A DNA stretch of 37,940 bases from a virus (Duplodnaviria; Heunggongvirae; Uroviricota; Caudoviricetes). This document shows positions 16,822 to 26,949 of the stretch, in pieces. The stretch lies in IMG/VR virus record IMGVR_UViG_2859783438_000005. The stretch is one strand, 5' to 3'. The position numbers and the translations under genes are program-made. The first letter of the stretch is position 1; every line of letters starts with the position of its first letter. The notes below the pieces were generated by a model. That model ran no database searches, was not told the origin of the DNA, and saw only the letters and a program-made list of their open reading frames with translations.

Positions 16822-16837
16822 GTAACGGAGAGAAAAA

Positions 16838-17638
16838 ATGATTACTCCTGCACAGCAACACTGGCAGAACGTGATGGCACAGCGCGCAGGCCGGGCGAAT
16901 GAAGGTGTGGACCACGCCGCGCGTACCGCGCATGAAGAGGTGCTGTATCGTCTGCGTCTGGCACAGGCCCGGCTTAAGGGCGTACAGGCCAGAAGCGCGA
17001 AAGCCGACATCAAAAAAGCGTTGTTGCCGGACTTTTCCGGCTGGATTGAGGGAACGCTGGAGGCTGACGGCGGGCAACAGGACGAAGTGATTGCCACGCT
17101 GATGGTGTGGGCGATTGACTGCGGCGATCTTCCGCTTGCGCTGCGTATTGGTGCGTATGCGGTCCGTCACAACCTCATCATGCCGGATAACTTTGGCCGT
17201 ACTGCTGCCACAGTGCTGACCGAAGAAATCTGCAATCCGGTACTGACGCAGGCCGGGACGGATGCCGACGCGGATTTGTCCGTCTTTATCGAACCACTGG
17301 ACACACTTTGGGAAATTGTCGCCAACCAGGATATGCCGGACGAAGTGCGCGCCAAATTATGCAAGGCGTGCGCCTTTGCCCGCCGTGGCCTGAGCGATGC
17401 GGACAGCATGGCCTCATCACTGAAGCTGCTGCGCGAAGCGATGCATCTGAACCAGAACGCAGGTGTGAAACGCGAGATTGCAACCCTTTCCCGCGCCCTG
17501 AAAAAAGCCGATTCCGCAGCCGCACCAGAAGACGCCAGCGCACAGCAGGCGCAGGACGAAAGCAGCGAAAGTAAAAAGACAACGCGGAAGCCTGCAACAC
17601 GAAAAACCACCGCGACGCAGAAGGCGAAGCGCGGTTAA
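16838..17638 (+). CDS. M: terminase small (endonuclease) subunit (P2 gpM family)
   Basis: 266-aa ORF at the M position; assigned by synteny and general resemblance. Confidence 0.8.
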   Translation: MITPAQQHWQNVMAQRAGRANEGVDHAARTAHEEVLYRLRLAQARLKGVQARSAKADIKKALLPDFSGWIEGTLEADGGQQDEVIATLMVWAIDCGDLPLALRIGAYAVRHNLIMPDNFGRTAATVLTEEICNPVLTQAGTDADADLSVFIEPLDTLWEIVANQDMPDEVRAKLCKACAFARRGLSDADSMASSLKLLREAMHLNQNAGVKREIATLSRALKKADSAAAPEDASAQQAQDESSESKKTTRKPATRKTTATQKAKRG

Positions 17639-17739
17639 CGACTGACCCCGTCAGCGGGCGGCGTGCGCGGTGTTCCGGTTTGGCTCCGTGACCGTTTACA
17701 CCGCGCACCCACCGCCCGATTTTTTCAGGAGTGAACCCC

Positions 17740-18234
17740 ATGAGTATGGTTGCCAGAACTGAACCCGGACCCGCAGAGGACGACATCACCGACACCGAAG
17801 ATGGCGATACCCGTATTTCAGCGGGTGCATTCTGGCCGGATATTGTGCTGCGCGAGCTGCGTCTGGCGGTACGACTGCCGGGCCGCGTGACCACCTCCCG
17901 CCTGCTGCATACCGCCACCGGGGCCGTGGCACACGTTACCCGCGAGCTGGAAGCATGGCAGCAGGAACAGCAGGCGGCTGGCCATCAGACGCTGGCCGAT
18001 GTTCCGGCACCTGTAATTAACGGAGAAAGCGTCAATCTCTGGCACTGGCGCAATGCTGTTTATACCGCCACACGCGCCCTGATTCTGGAGCGTTACCGCG
18101 ATGCGGACACAACGGACAAGGGCGACCGCCGGGCGGACGCACTGGATATACAGACATCGGATTTGTGGCGCGATGTGAGCTGGGCCATCTCTGACATTCT
18201 GTGCCGCCCGCGAATCTTTGCGGAGTTGTGCTGA
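17740..18234 (+). CDS. L: head completion/stabilisation protein (P2 gpL family)
   Basis: ORF at the L position; ATG at 17740 has a CAGGAG RBS 8 nt upstream (the track starts at GTG 17731). Confidence 0.8.
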   Translation: MSMVARTEPGPAEDDITDTEDGDTRISAGAFWPDIVLRELRLAVRLPGRVTTSRLLHTATGAVAHVTRELEAWQQEQQAAGHQTLADVPAPVINGESVNLWHWRNAVYTATRALILERYRDADTTDKGDRRADALDIQTSDLWRDVSWAISDILCRPRIFAELC

Positions 18235-18431
18235 TGAAAGTGAAGACACTGGAAGGCGACACCGTGGATTCGCTCTGTTTCCGGTACTACGGCACGACGC
18301 AGGGCGTCACCGAAAAGGTGCTGGATGCCAACCCCGGACTCTGCCGACAGGTATTTCTGGAAGCCGGACAGGAGGTGGAAATGCCGGAGCCGGAGAAGAA
18401 AAAACAACGAGAGATGATACAGCTATGGTAA
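18234..18431 (+). CDS. X: tail protein X (P2 gpX family)
   Basis: track ORF 18201..18431 trimmed to MKVKTLEGDTVDSLCFRYYGTTQGVTEKVLDANPGL, which resembles P2 X (MKTFALQGDTLDAICVRYYGRTEGVVETVLAANPGL); ATGA overlap with L. Confidence 0.8.
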   Translation: MKVKTLEGDTVDSLCFRYYGTTQGVTEKVLDANPGLCRQVFLEAGQEVEMPEPEKKKQREMIQLW

Positions 18432-18727
18432 CAGGTTTTTTTCAGCGGGTGAGTGACTGGATCACCTTCTGGGCATCAGTCACAGCCACCACAATAGGCG
18501 TGATGACCATCAGTGAAAAAATCGCCCTTGCCGGGTTGTTACTCGGTTCTCTGTCTGCATTACATGCCTGGCGACATCGCCGCCTGATGGAAACCGCCAT
18601 GCAGCGTCGCAATGAACTCATCGCCAGTATCCTGGCGCAGTCAGACGCACGGCCACTTCACGACAGTGAGCGTCAGGCTCTGAACATTCTGCGGGATAAC
18701 GATACACATGATAAAGCTGCCCGTTAA
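18425..18727 (+). CDS. Y: holin (P2 gpY position)
   Basis: track ORF 18218..18727 trimmed to Met MVTGFFQRVSDWITFWASV; two hydrophobic segments and a charged C-terminus; immediately before the endolysin. Confidence 0.65.
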   Translation: MVTGFFQRVSDWITFWASVTATTIGVMTISEKIALAGLLLGSLSALHAWRHRRLMETAMQRRNELIASILAQSDARPLHDSERQALNILRDNDTHDKAAR

Positions 18728-19256
18728 ACGTTACGCCGTAGCCGCCATTGTGGCGCTGGGGTTCTCCATTGCCCCTCACAAACTCCGGACCAGCCCGGAA
18801 GCGCAAATCCGCATTGCCACATGGGAGGACTGTCGCGCAACGCCTTACCGGGATATTGCCGGGGTAATGACCGTGGGGTGCGGCTCGACCGGGCATGTGG
18901 AAAATCGTCTGTACACCGAAACGGAAGTCGCCGGGCGCTGGGTTAATGATATGCAACATGCAGAAAACTGCATAAATCAGAACTTCAGCGGCAACGCCAT
19001 GCCACAGTCCGCGTTTGAGGCAATGACAGATGCCGCCTTTAATCTTGGATGCAGAAATCTTATGTGGTTCAGGGATAAGAACCGTAACTACCACCGCACC
19101 ACTATCTGGAAACATGCACAGGCGCACAACTGGCCTGACATGTGCAACAGACTGACTGACTTCGTGAACAGCGGCGGCGAACGCTCACAGGGACTGGTTA
19201 ACCGTCGTACTGATTTTCGTGCATGGTGCTTACGTGACACCGGAGGCCAGTCATGA
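18708..19256 (+). CDS. K: endolysin, phage lysozyme family, with SAR-like hydrophobic N-terminus
   Basis: 182-aa ORF; lysozyme catalytic region layout (ATWEDCRATPYRD...TVGCGSTGHV); N-terminal Ala/Gly-rich hydrophobic stretch RYAVAAIVALGFSIAP. Confidence 0.8.
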   Translation: MIKLPVKRYAVAAIVALGFSIAPHKLRTSPEAQIRIATWEDCRATPYRDIAGVMTVGCGSTGHVENRLYTETEVAGRWVNDMQHAENCINQNFSGNAMPQSAFEAMTDAAFNLGCRNLMWFRDKNRNYHRTTIWKHAQAHNWPDMCNRLTDFVNSGGERSQGLVNRRTDFRAWCLRDTGGQS

Positions 19257-19726
19257 AAGTGCGTTACATCCTGATGATGGCACTGACCGTCCTCACGCTG
19301 CTGACCATAACACTCTGGCAGACATTCAGACTGGGGCAGGAAGACGGACACAACCGTTATACACAGGCGCAACTGGACGATTACAGCCGGACCCTGAAAG
19401 AGGCCGGCACCATCATCAGCACCGCATCCGGTGTACTGCGTGACGTCATGACAGCGCGCCAGAACCGACAACAGGAAGGGGAAATCCGACGTGAACAGCT
19501 ACGCAACGATATCACGACAGATGCATGTGCCCGCGCTGTTCCTGACGCTCGCTTTACTGAGCGGTTGCACCAGCACGCAGAACGCGTCCGCGCCGCCGCC
19601 GTCGTTCCGTTTCATCCCGGAAGGGCTGACCGCCCCCGTACTTCCCCCGCCGTTTCCGGTGACGCCATCATGGGGAAACATCGGGATATGGAGCGACAGC
19701 CTCATGGACGCACTGGAAACCTGTAA
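19253..19726 (+). CDS. lysB: i-spanin (Rz/LysB-like)
   Basis: 157-aa ORF with N-terminal TM segment (ILMMALTVLTLLTITLW), GGAGG RBS, periplasmic charged/coiled region. Confidence 0.65.
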   Translation: MKVRYILMMALTVLTLLTITLWQTFRLGQEDGHNRYTQAQLDDYSRTLKEAGTIISTASGVLRDVMTARQNRQQEGEIRREQLRNDITTDACARAVPDARFTERLHQHAERVRAAAVVPFHPGRADRPRTSPAVSGDAIMGKHRDMERQPHGRTGNL

Positions 19727-19811
19727 CGCCGATAAGCGGGCCATTGAATTACTGGAACAGCGCAGGCTGCAACGACTGAACAACGAGGACAACAACCATG
19801 CTGAAAACTGA
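19491..19811 (+). CDS. lysC: o-spanin lipoprotein (Rz1/LysC-like), overlapping the i-spanin in the +1 frame
   Basis: signal peptide with lipobox (ALFLTLALLSGCTS), Pro-rich mature region; GTG start at 19491 has a good RBS, alternative ATG at 19521. Confidence 0.6.
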   Translation: MNSYATISRQMHVPALFLTLALLSGCTSTQNASAPPPSFRFIPEGLTAPVLPPPFPVTPSWGNIGIWSDSLMDALETCNADKRAIELLEQRRLQRLNNEDNNHAEN

Positions 19812-20265
19812 TTCCCTGCGTGAAGCCATGACCCGTTCATGCCGGTGGTGTCATGCCAACCCGGAAAAATTCACCATTTTCGTGGAGAGCGGCAACATTG
19901 AAACGACCGGAGAAACCCCATCGTTTGTTTACCGCTATCAGATAGTGATGTTTGTCATGGATTACGCCGGAGAGCTGGACGACCTCACGCTGCCGCTGCT
20001 GGCGTGGTTATCCGAAAATCAGCCACAGTTGTTGCTCAATCCGGAGCGTAATCAGGACATCAAATTTTCCGCCGTTATCAATGACGATGACAGCGCCGAT
20101 CTCCTGTTTACGCTCCCCCTGCGGGAACGCGTTCGCATCACGCGCAGCAGTCAGGGCACACCGCAGGCAGAACACCTGCCGGAGCCAAAACCCCGCCTGC
20201 CCTCTTCCGAAGGCGACTGGTCGCATGTATTCCAGGATGTGACGTGGGGGGAAAGCGATGGATAA
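19798..20265 (+). CDS. R: tail completion protein R (P2 gpR family)
   Basis: 155-aa ORF at the R position with GAGGA RBS. Confidence 0.75.
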   Translation: MLKTDSLREAMTRSCRWCHANPEKFTIFVESGNIETTGETPSFVYRYQIVMFVMDYAGELDDLTLPLLAWLSENQPQLLLNPERNQDIKFSAVINDDDSADLLFTLPLRERVRITRSSQGTPQAEHLPEPKPRLPSSEGDWSHVFQDVTWGESDG

Positions 20266-20893
20266 GGCATTCACCCGCGTGGATGAAACCTTTGAGGCTA
20301 TCCGCGACAGCCTGAATCAGCAGGCCATTAATAACATCGCCAGAAAGCTGGCACAGGATTTACGCCGCGCCCAGCAGGCGCGTATCCGGTCACAGAAAGC
20401 GCCGGACGGGACCGCATGGACACCACGCAGACGCCGCGTAACCCGGATACAGGAGCGCATTCGCTTTATCTGGAATAACGAAGCACGCACGCTGAAAAAC
20501 TGGCATCACGACACGGGGAAATACGGGCGAACCATCACCGGGTGGGATGAGGATAAAAACAATATCCGCACGTTTTACCGGGATGACATCGACCGTTTTC
20601 TGGAAATACGCACCCGGCGCATCAACCAGGACAGCACCAGGCGCGTCTCCATGTTCGTAAAACTGCGCACCGCCCGCTACCTGAAAGCCCGTGCAGATGC
20701 TTCCGGTGTGACGGTGGGTTACAGCGGCGTGGCCGCACGTATTGCACGCGTTCATCAGTTCGGTGAGCGCGATCAGGTTGCGCCGGGCATTTTCACCGAT
20801 TACCCGGTACGTGAGCTGCTGGGTATCAGCCAGGCAGATGAGCGCCTGATTTATAACACGGTGCTGGGCCGGATTGCGGAGGCTGTACGATGA
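20258..20893 (+). CDS. S: tail completion / virion morphogenesis protein (P2 gpS position), longer than P2 S
   Basis: 211-aa ORF; C-terminal region has the virion-morphogenesis-like ...ARVHQFGERD... block; position between R and V. Confidence 0.65.
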   Translation: MDKAFTRVDETFEAIRDSLNQQAINNIARKLAQDLRRAQQARIRSQKAPDGTAWTPRRRRVTRIQERIRFIWNNEARTLKNWHHDTGKYGRTITGWDEDKNNIRTFYRDDIDRFLEIRTRRINQDSTRRVSMFVKLRTARYLKARADASGVTVGYSGVAARIARVHQFGERDQVAPGIFTDYPVRELLGISQADERLIYNTVLGRIAEAVR

Positions 20894-21471
20894 GCGCAGA
20901 ACTCATGCGACTGCTGAGCAATATCATCCGCACCGGGATCATCTCTGAAGTTGATGAGGAATCCTGGTGCGTGCGCGTTCGCAGCGGCGAACTGGAAACA
21001 GGCTGGCTGCGCTGGAACACCACGCGCGCGGGAGACTTCAACGTGTGGTTTCCGCCATCACCAGGCGAACAGGTGGCAATTGCCTGCATCGGCGGCAACC
21101 CGGAAACCGCCATGATAATCGGCAGCCTGTGGAGTGATGCCATTCCGGCACCCGGCAAAAGCCTGAAAGAAATCGTGGTCAGCGCGCCGGACGGCGCGGT
21201 GTTCCGCTACGACGCGGACGCAGGCGCACTGAGCGCAAGCGGCATGAAAACGGCCACTTTGCAGGCATCCATCAGCGTGACACTGAACACGCCTGTCGTG
21301 GAATGCACAGACCTTCTGAGAACAGCGACGCTTGACGTCACAAAAGGGGGAACGATGAGCGGCAATATCACGCACAGCGGCGGCGATTTCACCTCAAACG
21401 GCATCACAGTGCATACGCATAAGCACGGTGGCGTTAAAGGTGGCAGCGATTCGACAGGAGGCCCGCAGTGA
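20890..21471 (+). CDS. V: baseplate spike protein (P2 gpV family)
   Basis: 193-aa ORF at the V position, Gly/Ser-rich C-terminus. Confidence 0.85.
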   Translation: MSAELMRLLSNIIRTGIISEVDEESWCVRVRSGELETGWLRWNTTRAGDFNVWFPPSPGEQVAIACIGGNPETAMIIGSLWSDAIPAPGKSLKEIVVSAPDGAVFRYDADAGALSASGMKTATLQASISVTLNTPVVECTDLLRTATLDVTKGGTMSGNITHSGGDFTSNGITVHTHKHGGVKGGSDSTGGPQ

Positions 21472-21818
21472 CAACCCGCTACACAGGAATGAACCCGGAC
21501 GGGACGGGAAACCTGAACGATATGGCGCACCTGAAACAGTCAGTCAGGGACATCCTGACCACCCCGCTGGCAAGCCGGGTTATGCGACGGGAATATGGCA
21601 GCCTTGTGCCTGATTTGATTGACGAACCCATGAATAACACCACGCGTCTGCAATGCATGAGTGCTACCGTGATTGCACTGACACGATGGGAACCACGCAT
21701 TGCCCTGAACGCCATCGACGTTGTCTGGAAGGCAGGAGGCCACGCCGGGGTGACGCTGTCGGGCACTGTCATGCAGACCATGCAGAATGTTGAATTAACC
21801 ATCACGCTGAGGGAGTAA
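21468..21818 (+). CDS. W: baseplate protein W (gp25-like)
   Basis: 116-aa ORF starting at GTG with AGGAGG RBS. Confidence 0.85.
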   Translation: MTTRYTGMNPDGTGNLNDMAHLKQSVRDILTTPLASRVMRREYGSLVPDLIDEPMNNTTRLQCMSATVIALTRWEPRIALNAIDVVWKAGGHAGVTLSGTVMQTMQNVELTITLRE

Positions 21819-21821
21819 ATC

Positions 21822-22718
21822 ATGCCTGCCGTTGACCTTTCCCAGTTACCGGAACCCGCCATCATCGCGGAGCCTGACTTTGAGGCAATTCTGGCTGACA
21901 CAAAGGCCATGATGATTGCAGCTTATCCCGCCGAACAGCGTGAAGTCGTCTCCGCCGCACTGGAACTGGAATCGGAACCCCTGAACGTTATCGCTCAAAC
22001 CATGTCGTTTCGTGAAATGCTGTTACGCCAGCGGGTCAATGAGGCCGCACGCGCCTGCATGTTGAGCCACAGCGCCGGAACAGACCTGGACAACCTCGCG
22101 GGCAATATGAACACAAAGCGCCTGGTTATCACTCCGGCAACGGATACCACCGACGTGGTGATGGAGAACGACACCTCGCTGAGACTGCGGGCGCAGCGGG
22201 CGTATGACGGCCTGAGTGTTGCAGGCCCGTCAGGCGCATACGAGTATTTTGCCCGCAGCGCCAGCGGTCTGGTGCGCGATGCGCGGGCCATCAGTCCGTC
22301 TCCGGCAAATGTGACGGTTTCCATCCTGTCCACTGAGGGCGACGGCACAGCAACGGAGGCGTTGCTTAATACCGTTCGCGCCGTTCTGAATGCAGAGGAT
22401 ACCCGCCCGGTGGCCGACCGCCTGACCGTACAGAGTGCCAGAATCGTGACATGGCGGCTGAATGCAAAACTGTACTTTTACCCCGGTCCGGAATCCGAAC
22501 CTATTCTGGCTGCGGCTGAATCGTCGTTCAGGAAGTGGCTGGCTGAGCAGGGGCTTATCGGTCAGGACGTGGCGTTGTCCGCCATTGCTGCCGCACTGCA
22601 TGTGCACGGTGTGCAACGCGTGGAGATAATCGAACCCACACAGAATATGGCCATCAGCGACATACAGGCGGCGCGCTGTGAGTCATTCACCATCAGCGAA
22701 GGTGGGCGTAATGAGTAA
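21822..22718 (+). CDS. J: baseplate protein J
   Basis: 298-aa ORF at the J position. Confidence 0.85.
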   Translation: MPAVDLSQLPEPAIIAEPDFEAILADTKAMMIAAYPAEQREVVSAALELESEPLNVIAQTMSFREMLLRQRVNEAARACMLSHSAGTDLDNLAGNMNTKRLVITPATDTTDVVMENDTSLRLRAQRAYDGLSVAGPSGAYEYFARSASGLVRDARAISPSPANVTVSILSTEGDGTATEALLNTVRAVLNAEDTRPVADRLTVQSARIVTWRLNAKLYFYPGPESEPILAAAESSFRKWLAEQGLIGQDVALSAIAAALHVHGVQRVEIIEPTQNMAISDIQAARCESFTISEGGRNE

Positions 22719-23241
22719 TTCACTGTTACCACCATCAGCCAGCAATTTCATGCGTTGTGCCGAAGCCGTCGGAACACGCATTACAGACATTCCGGCAGAC
22801 CTCAACACGCTGTGGTCGCCGGACACCTGCCCGGTGCATCTGCTGCCTTATCTCGCCTGGGCGTTTTCCGTTGACCGCTGGGATCGCAACTGGCCGGAAG
22901 AGACAAAGCGACAGGTGATTCGTGATGCATGGCTGATACACCGACACAAAGGAACCATCAGCGCCCTGCGACGGGCCATTGAGCCGCTGGGATACCTCAT
23001 TCGCGTGTCTGAGTGGTGGGAGTTCAACGGCGAACCCGGAACATTCAAGATTGATGTTGGCACGCTGGACAGTGGCGTGACGGAGGAAATGTATCTGGAA
23101 ATGGAGCGGTTGATTGCTGATGCCCGCCCGGTCAGCCGCCACATGACAGGGCTGAATATCATTCAGGAGATTCAGGGAGATATTTTCGCGGCAGCAGCAA
23201 CTTACGACGGTGAAGTCATTACCATTTATCCGGACGATTAA
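22711..23241 (+). CDS. I: tail/baseplate protein I
   Basis: track ORF 22678..23241 trimmed to Met MSNSLLPPSASNF, which overlaps the J stop. Confidence 0.8.
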   Translation: MSNSLLPPSASNFMRCAEAVGTRITDIPADLNTLWSPDTCPVHLLPYLAWAFSVDRWDRNWPEETKRQVIRDAWLIHRHKGTISALRRAIEPLGYLIRVSEWWEFNGEPGTFKIDVGTLDSGVTEEMYLEMERLIADARPVSRHMTGLNIIQEIQGDIFAAAATYDGEVITIYPDD

Positions 23242-23243
23242 GC

Positions 23244-25214
23244 ATGAGAACCACAACACGAAAATTTAAAACCATTATCACCGATACGGGTGCAAAAAAA
23301 TTAGCGCAGGCAACCGCGCCAGATGGGAAACCTGTCCGCCTGACACATATGGCCGTGGGTGACGGCGGCGGTACTTTACCCACGCCAGACAGTAAGCAGA
23401 CCCGTCTTGTGCATGAGGTGTGGCGACATACCGTTAATCGCGTCACCCTGGACGCAACACATCAGAACCACATTATTGCGGAGCTGGTTATTCCTCCTGA
23501 AACGGGCGGATTCTGGATCCGGGAAATTGGTGTGTTTGATGAGCACGGCGATTTGATCGCGGTAGGCAATACTGCCGAAAGTTACAAGCCAACCGTTGCC
23601 GAAGGATCCGGACGTGCACAAACATTTCGCACCATTCTGACCGTATCCAGCACTGCCACTGTGGCGCTTACCGTGGATAACACCATGGTGATGGCCACAG
23701 TGAATTACGTGGATGACAAACTGAAAGAGCATGAACAGTCACGACGTCACCCGGACGCCTCGCTGACCGCAAAAGGCCTTGTCCAGCTCAGCAACGCCAC
23801 CAACAGCACGTCTGAAACGCTGGCAGCGACACCAAAAGCCGTTAAGGCAGTAATGGATGAAACGAACAAGAAAGCCCCATTAAACAGCCCGGCACTGACC
23901 GGAACGCCAACAACACCAACTGCGCGACAGGGAACGAATAATACCCAAATCGCAAGCACGGCTTTCGTTATGGCTGCGATTGCCGCACTTGTAGACTCTT
24001 CGCCTGATGCACTGAACACACTGAACGAGCTGGCGGCGGCGCTGGGCAACGACCCGAATTTTGCGACCACCATGACTAACGCGCTTGCGGGTAAGCAACC
24101 GAAAGATGCCACTCTGACGGCGCTGGCGGGGCTTGCTACTGCGGCAGACAGGTTTCCGTATTTTACGGGGAATGATGTCGCCAGCCTGGCAACCCTGACA
24201 AAAGTCGGGCGGGATATTCTTGCGAAATCGACCGTTGCCGCCGTTATCGAATACCTCGGTTTACAGGAAACGGTAAATCAGGCTTCTGGCGCATTACAGA
24301 AAAACCAGAACGGCGCAGATATTCCGGGGAAAGATACCTTCACCAAAAATATTGGTGCCTGCCGCGCATATAGCTCATGGCTGAATATTGGTGGCGATAG
24401 TCAGGTCTGGACAACCGCGCAATTTATTTCGTGGCTGGAGAGTCAGGGAGCATTTAACCATCCTTACTGGATGTGCAAAGGCTCATGGGCTTATGCAAAT
24501 AATAAGGTCATTACAGATACAGGTTGCGGAAATATTTGTCTTGCAGGTGCTGTGGTGGAAGTTATTGGCACTCGCGGCGCAATGACCATACGCGTTACCA
24601 CGCCGAGCACGTCCAGCGGTGGCGGAATTACTAACGCTCAATTCACTTATATTAATCATGGTGATGCTTACGCTCCTGGCTGGCGACGAGACTACAACAC
24701 GAAAAATCAACAACCTGCATTTGCTTTAGGGCAAACAGGAAGCACTGTCGGAAATGATAAAGCTGTTGGCTGGAACTGGAATAGCGGGGTCTATAACGCA
24801 AACATTGGTGGCGCATCGACATTAATCCTCCACTTCAATATGAATACGGGGAGCTGCCCTGCTGTACAGTTCCGCGTGAATTACAGGAACGGCGGTATTT
24901 TTTATCGTTCAGCGCGTGATGGTTATGGCTTTGAAGCTGACTGGTCAGAGTTTTACACCACAACCCGCAAACCCTCTGCGGGAGATGTTGGTGCATATAC
25001 GCAGGCAGAATGTAACTCAAGGTTTATTACAGGTATTCGCCTTGGTGGTCTGTTATCTGTTCAGACATGGAATGGTCCCGGATGGTCTGACAGGTCAGGT
25101 TATGTTGTTACCGGTTCCGTTAACTCAAACAGAGATGAACTAATTGATACAACTCAGGCAAGGCCAATTCAGTATTGCATTAATGGGACGTGGTATAACG
25201 CGGGGAGTATTTAA
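23244..25214 (+). CDS. H: tail fibre protein H: constant N-terminal part fused to the currently expressed variable C-terminal cassette
   Basis: 656-aa ORF; first ~340 aa closely resemble P2 H (GDGGG, ELVIPPE, EHEQSRRHPDASLTAKGLVQLSNATNSTSETLAATPKAVK...), then diverge after ...YLGLQETVN at the gix-like site. Confidence 0.9.
   Translation: MRTTTRKFKTIITDTGAKKLAQATAPDGKPVRLTHMAVGDGGGTLPTPDSKQTRLVHEVWRHTVNRVTLDATHQNHIIAELVIPPETGGFWIREIGVFDEHGDLIAVGNTAESYKPTVAEGSGRAQTFRTILTVSSTATVALTVDNTMVMATVNYVDDKLKEHEQSRRHPDASLTAKGLVQLSNATNSTSETLAATPKAVKAVMDETNKKAPLNSPALTGTPTTPTARQGTNNTQIASTAFVMAAIAALVDSSPDALNTLNELAAALGNDPNFATTMTNALAGKQPKDATLTALAGLATAADRFPYFTGNDVASLATLTKVGRDILAKSTVAAVIEYLGLQETVNQASGALQKNQNGADIPGKDTFTKNIGACRAYSSWLNIGGDSQVWTTAQFISWLESQGAFNHPYWMCKGSWAYANNKVITDTGCGNICLAGAVVEVIGTRGAMTIRVTTPSTSSGGGITNAQFTYINHGDAYAPGWRRDYNTKNQQPAFALGQTGSTVGNDKAVGWNWNSGVYNANIGGASTLILHFNMNTGSCPAVQFRVNYRNGGIFYRSARDGYGFEADWSEFYTTTRKPSAGDVGAYTQAECNSRFITGIRLGGLLSVQTWNGPGWSDRSGYVVTGSVNSNRDELIDTTQARPIQYCINGTWYNAGSI
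24253..24277. repeat. gix/hix-like recombination site A (left inverted repeat of the invertible fibre segment)
   Basis: acctcggtttacaggaaacggtaaa; the reverse complement recurs at 27310-27334; matches the Mu gix site as I recall it (TTCCTGTAAACCGAGG...). Confidence 0.7.
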
Positions 25215-25216
25215 CG

Positions 25217-25750
25217 ATGATGCACTTAAAAAACATTTCTGCTGGTAATCCTGAAACAAAAGAGCAATACCAGCTAACGAAACAATTTAACATCAAATGG
25301 CTTTATACAGAGGATGGGAAAAACTGGTATGAGGAACAAAAGAACTTTCAGCCTGATACGTTGAAAATGGTCTATGACCACAACGGCGTTATTATTTGTA
25401 TTGAAAAGGATGTTTCAGCAATTAATCCGGAAGGCGCAAGCGTCGTTGAGGTTCCTGATATTACAGCAAATCGCCGGGCTGATATTTCAGGTAAATGGAT
25501 GTTCAAAGATGGCGTAGTGATAAAGCGAACTTATACCGGGGAAGAGCAGAGGCAACAAGCGGAAAATGAAAAGCAAAGCCTGCTACAGCTCGTCAGGGAT
25601 AAAACCCAGCTATGGGACTCACAGCTACGGCTGGGCATTATTTCCGACGAGAATAAACAAAAATTAACCGAGTGGATGCTCTATGCGCAGAAGGTCGAAT
25701 CCACAGACACCTCCAGCCTGCCAGTAACGTTTCCCGAACAACCAGAATGA
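25217..25750 (+). CDS. G: tail fibre assembly protein (gpG/Tfa family), current orientation
   Basis: 177-aa ORF directly after H; paralogous to the minus-strand ORF 25779..26306 (MMHLKNI.AGN...[23 protein letters not shown]). Confidence 0.8.
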   Translation: MMHLKNISAGNPETKEQYQLTKQFNIKWLYTEDGKNWYEEQKNFQPDTLKMVYDHNGVIICIEKDVSAINPEGASVVEVPDITANRRADISGKWMFKDGVVIKRTYTGEEQRQQAENEKQSLLQLVRDKTQLWDSQLRLGIISDENKQKLTEWMLYAQKVESTDTSSLPVTFPEQPE

Positions 25751-25778
25751 AACAAGGCCCGATATCGGGCCTTAATTT

Positions 25779-26306
25779 TTACTCAGGCTTTTGTGGCCAT
25801 TCTGGCTTTGCCGTATCCACACGGCTGACCAGAACACTGTAGCGTTCCCATGCTTCCAGTCGTGTGCGTTCCTCGTCCGTCGCCATATTCAGCCTGACAG
25901 CGCGTTCCAGCGGCTGGATGACTGATTCAGCTTCGGAAAGCAATGCGGCCTTTTGTGATTCGGCCTGTTGTTGCTGTTCGTCAGCCGTATAAATCCGTTT
26001 AACCACAGCTCCGTCCTTAAACATCCACTTACCGGAATCATCAGCACGACGATTAGCTGTAATATCAGGAACCTCAACGACGCTATAACCTTCAGGGTTA
26101 AGCGTGGAGGCATCTTTGGTGATGGCGACAATAATATTATTTGCATCGTAAACAATCTTTATTGTGTCTGGCTGAAAGTTCTTCACTTCCTCATACCAGT
26201 TTTTTCCGTCCTCAGAGTAAAGCCAGATGACTCCGTGCTTCTTTGTTAACTCATACTGCTCCACTGTTTTAGCATTACCTGCTTTTATGTTCTTTAAGTG
26301 CATCAT
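25779..26306 (-). CDS. alternative tail fibre assembly protein (Tfa') of the inverted cassette
   Basis: track ORF 25779..26339 trimmed to Met [11 protein letters not shown]; paralogue of G. Confidence 0.7.
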   Translation of the reverse strand: MMHLKNIKAGNAKTVEQYELTKKHGVIWLYSEDGKNWYEEVKNFQPDTIKIVYDANNIIVAITKDASTLNPEGYSVVEVPDITANRRADDSGKWMFKDGAVVKRIYTADEQQQQAESQKAALLSEAESVIQPLERAVRLNMATDEERTRLEAWERYSVLVSRVDTAKPEWPQKPE

Positions 26307-26307
26307 A

Positions 26308-26949
26308 TTAAATACTCGCCACATTATACCAAGTGCCATTTATATACTTTTGCACTGGCCTGTAATGAACGCCTGCAATATTATCGGCAGAGTTTTTTCC
26401 GGTATCCTGTACGTTAATCCCCGTCAGTACATAGCCTGACGGGCACTGAAAATTCCATGTTTGCCAGTTGTTCACTCCATAATATTGCTGTGAACCAAGT
26501 CGAACATCTTTCACATATCTGGAATCAAAATTGCCATAGTTGCCGGGAATAACTTGCGAGCCGCAAAGCCAGTTCCCGTTATTATCCATGTACGCCTGAC
26601 CATCGGTGCCATTGGCTGTCCTTGAGTTATTAATCATGTAGATGCCAAATTGCTTATTTCCCAGACCGCCAATCATAAATTTGCGGTCGGCATGGTCCTG
26701 ACGGAGCAAAGCCTGAGCACCATCAGTGGATACCGCATTACGTCCCAAAATAACATTCTGGTCACGCATATGAATCCACATGCCGGTACTACTGTTAATT
26801 GCAAAACGGTTTGCAAATATATCCCCTGTAACATCAAGACCATGCCCCATGCTTATCCGGCCAGTTCTGAGATTAAGCGTAAAGGGGCGTAGTGGCCCTA
26901 TATTACCATTTTCCCCTTCATTCTCTCGTGTAGGATGATATGCAGGCAT
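26308..26949 (-). CDS. alternative tail fibre C-terminal receptor-binding cassette (H'v), promoterless; upstream part lies in another frame
   Basis: ends ...[16 protein letters not shown]...[16 protein letters not shown] as in the P2 H C-terminus; the 5' continuation to the gix site (26898..27309) is in a different frame. Confidence 0.55.
   Translation of the reverse strand: MPAYHPTRENEGENGNIGPLRPFTLNLRTGRISMGHGLDVTGDIFANRFAINSSTGMWIHMRDQNVILGRNAVSTDGAQALLRQDHADRKFMIGGLGNKQFGIYMINNSRTANGTDGQAYMDNNGNWLCGSQVIPGNYGNFDSRYVKDVRLGSQQYYGVNNWQTWNFQCPSGYVLTGINVQDTGKNSADNIAGVHYRPVQKYINGTWYNVASI

Noticed and set aside
17286-17918. 210-aa minus-strand ORF
   Set aside because: Antisense to the terminase small subunit and head completion genes; Arg/Ser-rich junk-like translation.
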